In this document: one piece after another, positions 26,575-38,800 of the stretch | Layout: each line of letters begins with the position of its first letter | Position numbering within the stretch: the stretch's first letter is position 1 | Assembly: GCF_001194135.2 (NCBI RefSeq) | Contig: NC_068984.1 | Location: 50,107,205-50,157,966, forward strand | Direction of reading: 5' to 3' | Source of the DNA: Octopus bimaculoides | Lineage: Eukaryota | Length of the DNA stretch: 50,762 nucleotides | Program-made: the position numbers and the translations under genes | Notes under the pieces: model-generated | The model's input: only the letters and a program-made list of their open reading frames with translations | Databases searched by the model: none | What the model was told of the DNA's origin: nothing

Positions 26575-27073
26575 ATCGACATTTGTGTTTTTTTTTATCA
26601 AATATTTTGACAAAACTGAAACACATTTCAGGGAGAAAGATTTCCAAAACCAATGGACTTCTATGAGAGCTAAGCAATAAGATTTCAGATCCTTGTTCGG
26701 TAATAATAATGTCACTTTCAAGACCTGCTATTTCGAAGTGAAACAATTATTACACCATTTTGACCTCTGTTTATGTGAATGAGTGTATGATATGTTCGCA
26801 GGAATATTACACGCTATTGGTGCATTTCATCTTTATGTATTTGTCTATATAACTATGTATTTCTTAATAGAAGTTTTCATGAAGTACAATAAATGAAGTT
26901 CAGAGTAACATTGGAAGCTTTAGATGAAACCAAATTTTCCAGCTGTGAATGCTTTTATTTTGTACGTATTTGTTCATTTTCCTTTTCTTTTCATTCTTTT
27001 TCTGAGAGTAGTGATAGATCAATTAATAAGCCAGAGATATATATCCAAATATGATTGTCAAATTTTGTTCTGA

Positions 27074-27493
27074 TTTTACTCTTTTACTCTTTTACTTGTT
27101 TCAGTCATTTGACTGCGGCCATCCTGGAGCACCGCCTTTAGCCGAGCAACTTGACCTCAGGACTTATTCTTTGTAAGCCTAGTACTTATTCTATCGGTCT
27201 CTTTTGCCGAACCGCTATGTTAAGGGGACGAAAACACACCAGCATTGGTTGTCAAGTGATGTTGGGGGGGGGAGACAAATACAGACACACAAACATACAC
27301 ACACACACATACACATATATGCATGTATACGACGGGCTTCTTTCAGTTTCCGTCTACCAAATCCACTCACAAGGCTATGGTCGGCCCGAGGCTATAGTAG
27401 AAGACACTTGCCCAAGGTGCCACGCAGTGGGACTGAACCCGGAACCATGTGGTTGGTAAGCAAGCTACTTACCACACAGCCACTCCTACGCCT
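27074..27493 (-). mobile_element. SINE family A, full length (reference copy in this window) with (TTTTACTC)n tail
   Basis: On the minus strand: head AGGCGTAGGAGTGGCTGTGTGGTAAG, B-box-like GGTTCAGTCCC, CORE-like CACCTTGGGCAAGTGTC, internal microsatellite and tandem simple tail. tRNA-derived octopus SINEs (OR/OK types) are established knowledge; the exact family name was not verified. Confidence 0.93.
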
Positions 27494-28619
27494 AGATATT
27501 TATGTTATATTTTTAGAATGTTTATGGGAGTAGTTGTTTTTGTTTAGCCCCAGTTTCATTTGGTGACAAAGAAACAGAATTCACTCAATACTGTCGTGGT
27601 CGTGTTTGCATTTGTTCAGTACATCTGCACAGGAATACGTTCGGGATTAGAACTCTATAATTCCTCTTGACACCATCTGTGAGCGTTATGCTCTCGCTCC
27701 ACACACATTACTGTCTTAATGAAGCAAAATCTGCTGAATGTGGATTATATTTATGTTTATTTGTTTTCGTTTAGAATTTGACATACACCTTGTCAACCGA
27801 TAGCACAACAGCTTCGTAAATCATGGAAATCGACCCAACAGGTGTTTAATACCAAGAGTCATTAATCACGAAGTCAACAGAGAAACAGCGTAACGCTCGA
27901 AAATACCTAAGTAGCAACGATTCCTCAGCTGTTCCGTAATAAATTTGGACCTACCTACCTACCTACTTACCTATCTCTCTCTCTCTCTCTCTATAAATAT
28001 ATATATATATATNNNNNNNNNNNNNNNNNNNNNNNNNNNNNNNNNNNNNNNNNNNNNNNNNNNNNNNNNNNNNNNNNNNNNNNNNNNNNNNNNNNNNNNN
28101 NNNNNNNNNNNNNNNNNNNNNNNNNNNNNNNNNNNNNNNNNNNNNNNNNNNNNNNNNNNNNNNNNNNNNNNNNNNNNNNNNNNNNNNNNNNNNNNNNNNN
28201 NNNNNNNNNNNNNNNNNNNNNNNNNNNNNNNNNNNNNNNNNNNNNNNNNNNNNNNNNNNNNNNNNNNNNNNNNNNNNNNNNNNNNNNNNNNNNNNNNNNN
28301 NNNNNNNNNNNNNNNNNNNNNNNNNNNNNNNNNNNNNNNNNNNNNNNNNNNNNNNNNNNNNNNNNNNNNNNNNNNNNNNNNNNNNNNNNNNNNNNNNNNN
28401 NNNNNNNNNNNNNNNNNNNNNNNNNNNNNNNNNNNNNNNNNNNNNNNNNNNNNNNNNNNNNNNNNNNNNNNNNNNNNNNNNNNNNNNNNNNNNNNNNNNN
28501 NNNNNNNNNNNNNNNNNNNNNNNNNNNNNNNNNNNNNNNNNNNNNNNNNNNNNNNNNNNNNNNNNNNNNNNNNNNNNNNNNNNNNNNNNNNNNNNNNNNN
28601 NNNNNNNNCATATCGTACG

Positions 28620-28648
28620 TCTTATTCTTCTTCTTCTTCTTCTTCTTC

Positions 28649-28703
<55 letters not shown>

Positions 28704-28744
28704 CATTATTATTATTACTATTATCATTACTATTATTGTTGTTA

Positions 28745-28803
<59 letters not shown>

Positions 28804-28805
28804 AT
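28620..28805. repeat. (TTC)n(TTA)n compound trinucleotide repeat; same compound at 43022-43140
   Basis: Direct inspection. Confidence 0.97.
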
Positions 28806-29349
28806 ATTAGCCTCGGTTGTGAGAATCGATAGAGCATCGGACAAAATGCCATGTGATAATTAGTTACGTCTCATTACGTACTCAGTTAATTTTTTTTTAA
28901 AAACGGCGTCTTCTCTGCTTCTCATCCCCTCTAGGAGTGATAAGGTGAGTAACACTTATGTAATGGAATTTCGTAAATTTTACTGTTGGCTTCTGCATGA
29001 TGTGTTATCTTTTAACTATTTAGGAAAAGCATTATAAAAACATATTGACTATTTATTTTCAATCTCTACACACAAGCATAATGGCGGCCTTTGTGTATGT
29101 CACTAGCATTGTAGAATCATTAGGACATCAGATGAAGTATGTTGTGGCATGTGGTTACGCCCTTTGGCATCTGATTTCAACTCCTGTCTCGGACAACATT
29201 ATCTTTTATCTTTTCACAGTACAAAGTCTATCAAATAACTACCAGTCAGTTGATAAAATTGTAGAAACACTAATATCGTAGTTTAGACGGCGTGCTTCAG
29301 CAAAGATACAGTCCAATGAGTGGAGCGATTAAGCGAATAACAAAAAAAG

Positions 29350-29391
<42 letters not shown>

Positions 29392-30279
29392 GTATAAAAA
29401 TAATGTGCACAGCTGGGCCCAATATAAACCGTATAGGCAACTTGTGGTCGTCACTAATTGTGACTGTATGTGCTACAAGCACGTATATTACTAGAAATAA
29501 GAGTTAAACTACTTATAGCCGTGTAAAATCACATTTATATGTATACTGACAGGGTAGATAACTGACACATATACATGCATGCATACATACTCACTCACTC
29601 TCTTTGTTTTTACTTTCACACGCATGTATACATATATACATATACAAGTAATTTGTCTATATCAGCAAAAGGAACATGGAGAAATAGAGTAAGAGCGGCC
29701 TAGAGCTGAAGGCAGAGAGGTAGATAAATGGGAAGAAGGAGCGAAATTGAGATAAAGGAGAGAAAAAAACCAAGTGAAAGTGTGAAAGAAGATATACGCG
29801 TACATAATCTATATACGAGGGGGAGACTCTAATAGTTGTATATAGCTAAATGCCTTCAATATGTTCAAATTGAAATGAGATGATGTATGAAATCAGTCCA
29901 ATTCCTTGGAATACGCTAAGTAATACTATCCTCATATATAAATATTTTGGCAGCTGTTGAAGTCAGTCAGAGAGCTCTAAACATAACTATAGACACAACG
30001 GCCATTAATAACTAACGTGACACCACAACCACCATTAAAACCACTTTAACAGGGCTTCAATTACGATGACAAAGACGCAGCCACGACAAACCTCACCATC
30101 ACCGCCGTAACCAACAACGCCATTACCAACATCACTACTGCTATCGTAAGAAGTGAATGTGTCTCTGGAGTGTTCCTGTTTATTTCTTTCCTCTTTTGCT
30201 GATTTGCTGATTTGCTTTCAGGAATCACAAATCATTTTTATCAGCGGATATTGCTTGGTTAAGTAAAAAAGTGTATTTT

Positions 30280-30280
30280 G

Positions 30281-30311
<31 letters not shown>

Positions 30312-30351
30312 TGTATGGATGGATGGATGGATGGATGGATGGATGGATGGA

Positions 30352-30382
<31 letters not shown>

Positions 30383-30460
30383 GCACGCATACATACACAC
30401 ACAAATACACACATACACAAATACAGACACACACGCACGCATACACACACACACACAGAG
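30280..30460. repeat. (TATG)n(GATG)n(TA)n(CA)n microsatellite block
   Basis: Direct inspection. Confidence 0.93.
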
Positions 30461-31074
30461 GCATGCATATCGATTTTTATTTGCTAAAACAGCTAAAGAA
30501 ACCCTAGGGCAGTGTATTTCAACCTTTTTGCGATCTATAGGGCACTAGAGACACTAACGTTGTTTTGATACACCATCACCTTTTCAAATACATATGTAAA
30601 TAACAGACGAGCATCATAACTGTCTGAAAGCGGAGATAAACGCAGCATGCATTGCCCTTTTCAACAATAGCACATGCGTAGAAAGAAAAGATGCATTAAA
30701 CACACTGGTTGCCCAAAAACTTTGTTCAAAGTATAACCATGCGTGTGCGTATNNNNNNNNNNNNNNNNNNNNNNNNNNNNNNNNNNNNNNNNNNNNNNNN
30801 NNNNNNNNNNNNNNNNNNNNNNNNNNNNNNNNNNNNNNNNNNNNNNNNNNNNNNNNNNNNNNNNNNNNNNNNNNNNNNNNNNNNNNNNNNNNNNNNNNNN
30901 NNNNNNNNNNNNNNNNNNNNNNNNNNNNNNNNNNNNNNNNNNNNNNNNNNNNNNNNNNNNNNNNNNNNNNNNNNNNNNNNNNNNNNNNNNNNNNNNNNNN
31001 NNNNNNNNNNNNNNNNNNNNNNNNNNNNNNNNNNNNNNNNNNNNNNNNNNNNNNNTATATATATATTTGTATGC

Positions 31075-31270
31075 ATTTTTGTGTCTATGTCCCCCCCCCT
31101 CCACATCGCTTGACAACCGATGTCGTTGCGTTTATCTCCCCGTAACTTAAGGGTTCAGCCTAAATAAACCGATAGAATAACTACTAGGCTTACAAAGTAT
31201 AAGTCCTGGGGTCGAATTGTTCGACTAAAGACGGTACTCCCAAGTCAATTTACTGAAACAGTTAAAAGAA
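31075..31270 (+). mobile_element. SINE family A 3' half (head presumably in the gap)
   Basis: CCCCCCCCTCCACATCGCTTGACAACCG...TACTAGGCTTACAAAG...TAAGTCCTGGGGTCGA...TGAAACAGTTAAAAGAATAAA. Confidence 0.85.
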
Positions 31271-31290
31271 TAAAGGAATATACATATATC

Positions 31291-31328
<38 letters not shown>

Positions 31329-32380
31329 TATAATATGGATAGGATTAAAATTTAGTCTGTGTCCTCTCCAAGCACAGCTGCTTATTCCAGTATTTCAAAT
31401 CATGTAAATTTATAGATTCATGAAAATTGAAAAATATTGAAAAAATATTTTCTTCAATAATAATATCAAAACATGAGATTGGGAATGTTTTTTGTATTAT
31501 TTATTCACCATTACACATGTTTCATTTGCAAGTATGGTTACAAAATTGTACATCTTGTAGAAAACGTGTAAGATAGGAGATCCTATTAGAAATTCTACAG
31601 TGAGAGAATCAAATAATATTATTTGGTTCTCAGTGTGAAGAATTTCCACTAGGTGATCCCTTACATGTTTTCTGTTTCATGTATAACATATATATATTTA
31701 CGACTTATTTTGCAAATGAAAGAAATATACTAAATGTGTGGCATAGAACTGGTGTGTATTAAGAATATATTGATAATTCTCTTCCTTGCCAAATAAAACT
31801 TCATTAGCGAGATAGAAAGCATTGCTAACTAGGCAGAAATAACTAATTTTAGCATCATCAAAATTGATTTTATCATATGAGTGCATACGTAGAATCATGT
31901 ATCTTTGCAGCGATAAAATGTGACTGGATTTAATGGCCATCCAGTCACGTTAAATGGTAGGTTAAATCGAATATAGTTTTATTTGTGCTATTGTGGAAAG
32001 TTGATCTTTATAAACTAAACTGAAAGTAGATAGATAGATAGATAGATAGATAGATACATACATACATACATACATACATACATACATACATACATACATA
32101 CATAAATAGATAGATGTGCATGGCGGGTTTCTTCAGCGTTTCATACCTAATTTCTTTCACAAGTTATTAATGAAGCCGAGATTAGAGCAGAAAATACTAA
32201 ACCAGAGTACCTCGTAGTGTGATCGTAACTGGAGAAATCACTTTGTTCTGTACCAGACTTCCATCGCAGTGCCAAAAAAGGAACACCAAATTGCCTTAGA
32301 GAGAAAAAGATAGAGCTCATATAATTCTCCCAGTTTCTCCAAGACTGATGTCCAGTACTTCGGATCCTTTTCGTATAAAA

Positions 32381-32655
32381 CAGTGACTCCCCAAATTTTT
32401 CGGGCTTCCGCCCCCTTGGCACCTTCGCTATATTCCTACCGCCTTCCCACACTTACCCCCACAAGCAGAGACCACTTTCTGAAGCAAATTCAAAAACTAT
32501 ATTTCACAAATAACCTAATTAACCCACTATTTTGTTGTTTATACATACATCACCCCTTTTGACCAACCCATTATCGCTCTACTCTTTTTTCAACGCCCCC
32601 TGAATACTTTCACCGCCATCAGAGGTGCCACACTGTCCACTTTGGGAACCAATTG
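32381..32655. mobile_element. Possible decayed hAT MITE
   Basis: CAGTGACTCCCCAAA at the left and TTTGGGAACCAATTG at the right approximate CAGTGGTTCCCAAA-type TIRs; no clean TSD. Confidence 0.4.
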
Positions 32656-34089
32656 TCTAAAACATGAATCTTGCAGCACAAGACTGACTGTAATTCGGAA
32701 ATGGATTAACTTTTGGTCTTCATGTATGCACTTGAATGAATAGAATATCAAATTCACATTGACGTTTTCAGTGCCATCGTATCAACTATTCACGTTTAGT
32801 TTAGTTTACCATCAATTATCAGAAAGTAAAACAGCCATAATGATTCTAATCTACATTTGCACGGGTATATAAAACATAGCTTGACAGAAAGCGATAAAAA
32901 CAAGTTATTAAAGCTAAACTAATTTTTGTTGGCACTTTTAACCATTGTTGTCTAAAAGAATTACTATTTACTGATTTTGAGCAATGTAGTCGCTCGGATC
33001 TTCGCGTAAAGTAGGATGTGAATTTTCTGTCCTGCTAGGGACCTACACACTTTTATACATATGCAGTAATGATGGGCGTCTGTTGCAGCAAATTTCAGAG
33101 AGATAACCACCCACTCTGACATATATATTCATATTATCATGGAACTTTTTAATTGAGTGCTTTTGCTACAATTCAAGCGAAGCTTTTCCCTTGGCCAAAA
33201 TTTTGCAAAGTGAAGAAAGACCCTGTATAAAGTTAAATCCCATTCTCTAAACAACGTATACAATTGCCCCAAAATAACAACTAGTCGTCATCATTTAATG
33301 CAAACGAAGTTGCAGGTGTCACACCAGACTTTGTAGGACTGTCGGCTTAATTGCGAATTATTGCAAAAGGCTTACAATTAGAAAGTTTACTACGGGTCTT
33401 ATATAAATGCCAATCGTATATTACAACTCAGGATTAGAAAGATATTAACTCTAGCCCTAGTGTTGAATCTTAGATCAGATTAATCTGCAAGAAAATTTCA
33501 ATTAGCTTTCAGAATGTGAGGAAAGCTACAACAATGAATAGTAATACTATTGTGAACTGCTTTAATAATATCGATGTAAATCGCTAGATTTGTTCACTTA
33601 AAGATTGTCGAATTTTACCGTTTGATCTCCATATCCTTACTATCGGTGCTTTAAGATTCACTTCAATAAGTAAAAGCGTAATTATATTGAGATTATAATG
33701 CAAGCTAGCAAATCCTTCCAGTTTCTAACTGGGTTCAGAAATATGATACTGTTGTTTGATTGGTCATGTTAACTATATAAAACAAGCGCCAGCGGGATAT
33801 ATGTTTGACTCATTAGAGAAAGATATTATACACACAGTCGTAACTTTTTGTCTAAAAATAACTATAACTACTGACATAAAACTAGTAAATTTCTTTGGTG
33901 TTATCTAGTTTTAACCACTAGCTTACGAAAACCTTTCAGAAAATCTAAAGAAAATTCATGTATTATGACACAGGTTCATACCTCTCACGCATTGCTTTCT
34001 TTAAAATATTTTTAGGATCTCCAAGTTTTATATTTTTACTCAAGTAAAGACTAAATGATTTACATTACTAGCGAATGGATTCAAAGAGA

Positions 34090-34260
34090 TAATTACCAAC
34101 TTACTCAAATCCACACCCACCACAAGAAAAGATACCGTAACATAATATGGTTCACCTCCCCTTTGACATTTAATGTCAAATCTAATATAAAATCTTATCG
34201 AACCTCAAGAGAAAAACAGTTCCTAATCAACCCTAGATATATAAAGCAGTTTAAACAAAC
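34090..34260 (+). mobile_element. Penelope-like element ORF fragment, decayed
   Basis: KKRYRNIIWFTSPLTFNVKSNIKS...KQFLINPRYIKQF matches the PLE motif RKRNIIWFNPPFSxNVKTNI...KHFP...HKIF; same ORF region as 700-876. Confidence 0.65.
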
Positions 34261-34300
34261 ACAGTCATTAATTTATGAATTACTTAATATTTTGTTCACC

Positions 34301-34515
34301 AGTAAGTGGTGAGCTGGCAGAAACGTTAGCACGTCGGGCGAACTGCTTACCGATATTTTATCTGTCTTTACGTTCTGAGTTCAAATTCCGCAGAACTCGA
34401 CTTTGCCATTCAACTTTGTAGATCATTGAATTAAATACCAGTTGCGTACTGGGGTCGATCTAATCGACTTGCCACCTCCCCCAAAATTTCGGTCCTTGTG
34501 CTTAGAGTAGAAATG
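34301..34515 (+). mobile_element. SINE family B, full length with TSD
   Basis: Head GGTGAGCTGGCAGAAACGTTAGCACG, B-box-like GAGTTCAAATTCC; 15-bp TSD AATATTTTG(T/C)TCACC at 34286-34300 and 34516-34530. Confidence 0.92.
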
Positions 34516-34959
34516 AATATTTTGCTCACCTCTAAAATATAAACCGAAGCCTTAGTTTCATTCAAAAATATGAATGCAAGTTTTGCAACACAAAAGACCC
34601 TTGACGTAATGTGGCACTTCTACACTATGTAGGCAAGGTTGAAGAAGGGAAACGCGAAAAACATCCCACTGAAATAATAAATAAATAGTTGTTGCTTGTA
34701 TTGTTTTACATACACATGCGATACATTTCATATCCTCATTGAGTACTATTTATATGATGATGGTGTAACCAAACCTCCTATATATGTAATATGCAGGGTT
34801 CAGTTCACTGGTGATCTAAACGAATAGGTAAGCTGAGTAAGTGCTATGATTAGTCATCAATTAAGTTTCAAGTTCACAGTTGAGGCTGGAGCTAGGGATA
34901 CGTATTCGGCTTCCGAATTAGCCGGTAGATATTATATTAGAAGAAAGAGCACTACAAAA

Positions 34960-35508
34960 ACCAAGGCAGGACAGGTATCTCAAATTGTTTAGAATATTCA
35001 GTTAGGGTAAGGTGAATTTGAAGTCTTACAGTTGTTTCTGGGATATCCCAAGTGATAGGCTAGCATGTCCGTACACTGGGCATTCAGTCATCAGAGAAAA
35101 GGTGAGTATGTATGAAAGATCTAGACAAGGGAATTCACAGTTTATAAGGAATAAAATAGTAGATAGAAGAATAAAGAATAAAACAGTAGATATAAGAATA
35201 CAGACAGGAGAATAAAGTTCACAGCTCATCTTCTTCCAGAGGGTATGGAGGTTGGTCCGCACTTCCGTAGAGGTATAGGCCCTTTGGAACAATCCCAGGT
35301 AAATCCAAGCATTATTTTGGTAGTATGTTGAATGTTGCGTTCATTTTGAAGGAATAGAATTAGCTAGTATGAAAATGGTCCACGTAGGTATATAGAGTGA
35401 GAAAGACAGACATCATGATAGGCAGATATGGGTTGTAAGTGAGTGAAAAGAAGAGAAGAGAATGTGAAAAAAAGGGAAGGAATGAAATTGGTGTAGGAAA
35501 GAATGAAT
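34960..35508. repeat. Left arm of a long inverted repeat (partner 36926-37470)
   Basis: Collinear reverse-complement match over about 550 bp; e.g. GAAGTCTTACAGTTGTTTCTGGGATATCCCAAGTGATA is identical in both arms. Roughly 85-90% identity by eye. Confidence 0.93.
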
Positions 35509-35567
35509 GAGAGCGAAAGTAAAATAAAGTAAAATAAAATAAAAAATAAAGATAAGATGCCAGTATT

Positions 35568-35788
35568 TATTTCTTTATTGCCCACAAGGGGCTAAACATA
35601 GAGGGGACAAACAAGGACAAAGGGATTAAGTCGATTACATCGACTCCAGTGCGTAGCTGGTACTTATTTAATCGACCCCGAAAGGATGAAAGGCAAAGTC
35701 GACCACGGCGGAATTTGAACTCAGAACGTAGCGACAGACGAAATACTATTAAGCATTTCGCCCGGCGTGCTAATGGTTCTGCCAGCTC
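35568..35788 (-). mobile_element. SINE family B, young copy with perfect 14-bp TSD
   Basis: TSD AAGATGCCAGTATT at 35554-35567 and 35789-35802; intact CGACCCCGAAAGGATGAAAGGCAAAGTCGAC domain. Confidence 0.95.
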
Positions 35789-36125
35789 AAGATGCCAGTA
35801 TTATTCTTCATAAGGGTCGGTTCGGAGTTAGAGGTCAGACGTTAAAGTTTTCGCAAAGTGGAGGAGGAAGGCGTTTATGTCTATTAATTAGATGAATTAT
35901 AGGTTCGGTGTAGTCAGAAAGAAAATTTAGTTCAGTAGATGCCTAGCTTTAGGGAGTCTAAATAGGATACAAGATACAATTAAATGGATAAAAAATAAGA
36001 TTACAGAATTAAAAATTAAAATTTAAAAAGGTTATAGATTAAAAATTAAAATTAAGAACTTAAAAATAGATTATTACGGCTAGTTAGCTTCTAAGATACT
36101 TATGTTGATAAAGAAAAGAAAAAGC

Positions 36126-36373
36126 GTACGTAAATTGTAACGGCCGTGGATGCATATCGGCAAGTGTTATGTGTTGATTTTGTTTGCATTTGGACATATG
36201 GAATTACAATCACTCAATAAACCACAATTACGCAATAAACAACACAAAACGTTCTCTACATGTAAACATGAATTCTCTCGCACCTTTAGATTCTTCCATA
36301 TATCCAAATGCAAGCTATATCAACACATATAATACTTGCCTATATGCATCCACGGTCGTTACAATATACGTAC
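36126..36373. mobile_element. MITE-like element (248 bp) with about 75-bp imperfect TIRs
   Basis: GTACGTAAATTGTAACGGCCGTGGATGCATATCGGCAAG...TGCATTTGGACATATGGAA versus the reverse complement of TTCCATATATCCAAATGCA...CTTGCCTATATGCATCCACGGTCGTTACAATATACGTAC. Confidence 0.8.
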
Positions 36374-36379
36374 AATAAA

Positions 36380-36923
36380 CAGAGTTATTCAAAGAGAAAG
36401 AGCAGATCTTAAATTTATTTTTAAGAGACACAAACACATTCAACATATTTCTTGATAGGGGAAGGTTTAAAGTTTATTTTAAGGTAGTATGCACTCAACA
36501 TGAGCACCGTGTGTTGCTCGACAAACATCGAAACATCGAAATCTTTTTCTGTAAAATGTTTATTAGTAAATTTGCTTGAGATGGGGTGGATTGTTATTGA
36601 ATTGGCGGCGAAATTCACGCTGCACTTCCGCAATCGATTCGCATTTCTCAAATTGCAGCACCCAAAAAGACTTTTCTTGCGGCGTCGCCATTTTCTAAGG
36701 GATTACACAGATGAAAATTATACAACTTTGAATAAAATGAACAAAATGAAACATTAAAACAAGATTAAAATGTTATTTCATTTAAAGCTTAATTCAACTG
36801 ATCATGTTCAACTATAAACTTTAAATCTACCCCTATCAAGAAATATGTAGAATGTGTTTGTGTCTCTTACTGTGTGTTTAAAAAATAAATTTGAAATCTA
36901 CTCTTTCTTTTTGAATAACCCTG
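36380..36923 (-). mobile_element. Non-autonomous Tc1/mariner-type element retaining the transposase N-terminus
   Basis: About 100-bp TIRs (CAGAGTTATTCAAAGAGAAAGAG and CTCTTTCTTTTTGAATAACCCTG followed by TA). Minus-strand MATPQEKSFWVLQFEKCESIAEVQREFRRQFNNNPP (from about 36692) resembles the DUF4817-type HTH N-terminus of Tc1/mariner transposases. Confidence 0.85.
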
Positions 36924-36925
36924 TA

Positions 36926-37470
36926 CATTCTTTCCCACACCTATCCCATTCCTTTCTTTTCTTTTTTTCTCCTCTCTCTTCTATTCACTCACGTACAATC
37001 CATATCTGTCTATCATGATGTCTGTCTTTCTCACTCTATATACCTACGTGGACCATTTTCATACTAACTAACCACTTAATCTATTTCTTCAAAATGAACG
37101 CATCATTCAAAATATTGCCAAAATACTGCTTGAATTTACCTGGGATTGTACCTAAGGGCCTATACCTTTACAGAAGTACGGACCAACCTCCATACCCTCT
37201 GGAAAAAGATGAGCTATGAACTTTACTCTCCTGTCTGTTTTCTTATATCTACTGTTTTACCCTTTAGTCTTCTATCTCCTATGTTATTCCTTTATAAACT
37301 GTGTCTAGATCTTTCATACATATTCACCTTGTCTCTGATGACTGAATACCAAGTGTACGGACATGCTAGCTTATCACTTGGGATATCCCAGAAACAACTG
37401 TAAGACTTCAAATTTACCTTTCCCTAATTAAATATTCTAAACGACTTGAGATACCTGTCCTACCTTGGTT
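36926..37470. repeat. Right arm of the long inverted repeat (partner 34960-35508)
   Basis: See left arm. Confidence 0.93.
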
Positions 37471-37485
37471 CTGTTGTCCTTTTTC

Positions 37486-37523
<38 letters not shown>

Positions 37524-38184
37524 TCATACACAACCAAATATGTACATGCATAGACATACGTACATACAAACGAACATACAGCACACAAAACACACAGGCA
37601 CACACACATATATATTTCAAGTAGAGTTAATGTTCACATACTTTAATTAATAATGAAAATAATATACGTGTCATTTATGTAATAAATATGTATATACTTG
37701 GAAATCCCTCTATGTATATATATTACTTTTGACGTTTCTGTACTTTTTCATATCCTTGATGAAAAATTACTGCTTAACTCGTAGCTCTCTTGTTCTCATT
37801 ACTCATGGGTGAATTATGTATATTACTTGCACTGATCTGTTTGCTCAATCTTTCACGGTTTCACAACCAAAGCCGGCTACTATTTCTCCTCCTCTTCCTC
37901 TTGTTTGCTTTCTGTGTGTCTGCCTGTCTCTCTCTCTCTCTCTCTCCCCTCTCTTTTTGGCTCTCTATTTCTTTCTCTATCACTCTCTCATAACTTCATG
38001 CAACCCCACTACACACTCAAACGTCTGTACACGCAGGCATAGGTATAACGGAAAGTTATCCATATATAAACGGATACATTTATACGCAGACATATATCCA
38101 TACCCATACATTCGCACTGTCATTCTGACTGATATGAGTGCATTTGTGTATGTATATATGTATGTATGTATGTATCTATGTTAA

Positions 38185-38800
38185 TTTCAAGATTTCTAGC
38201 CAATAAAGAACAGGTTTCTAACCTAGGTCCAAGGTTCCTCCGTTGGAATTTCAACATTAACAACAGGGTCTTTATGTATGTATATATGTATGTATGTATG
38301 TTTGTATGTATGTATGTATGTATTTATGTATGTATGTGTGTGTGTATGTGCAGATTTGTATATGTTTTATGCATGTATTTTCATATCGCTGCATATCTAG
38401 ACATGCTCGTATATATTTAAATGATAAACTTGTGGAAAGCTTTACAGACTTTTACAGTTTCAGTGATGGATTGGATCTGTAGTCTTCGAATTAGCTTTCT
38501 CCTTTCTGGTTTTGAGAAGCCTAATTTCTCAAGATTGGTATTTAGGCAGTGTGTTACATATCTCAGGGCTCCAAACATTACAGGTATAAACCTGAACTTG
38601 CAATCTGGATAGAGTAACTGCAGATTTCTCAGTAGTTCAGCATAAGCGTTCGCTTTTTCACATAGGCGTTTCAGCTTTATGTTAACATCCGCTGTGCACA
38701 GTTTCTCTTCTCTCTCCCAAATCATCAAATCACGTCTGTTGTGCCTACATTTTATGGAGGTTTTCATTGGTACACTCCACCACTATTCTTTCTTATTATG
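38185..38800 (-). mobile_element. RLE-type (R4/Dong-like) non-LTR retrotransposon, 5'-truncated 3' end plus probable 3' UTR
   Basis: Minus-strand WWSVPMKTSIKCRHNRRDLMIWEREEKLC...ELLRNLQLLYPDCKFRFIPVMFGALRYV...LEKLGFS...LQIQSITETVKVCKAF matches the restriction-like endonuclease region (HNRPD-like motif, PIIIGALG-like motif). Flanked by (TATG)n on both sides. The UTR boundary is approximate. Confidence 0.8.

Noticed and set aside
30528-30706. Possible hAT MITE (CAGTGTATTTCAACC ... AAACACACTG)
   Set aside because: The TIR match is too poor and there is no TSD.
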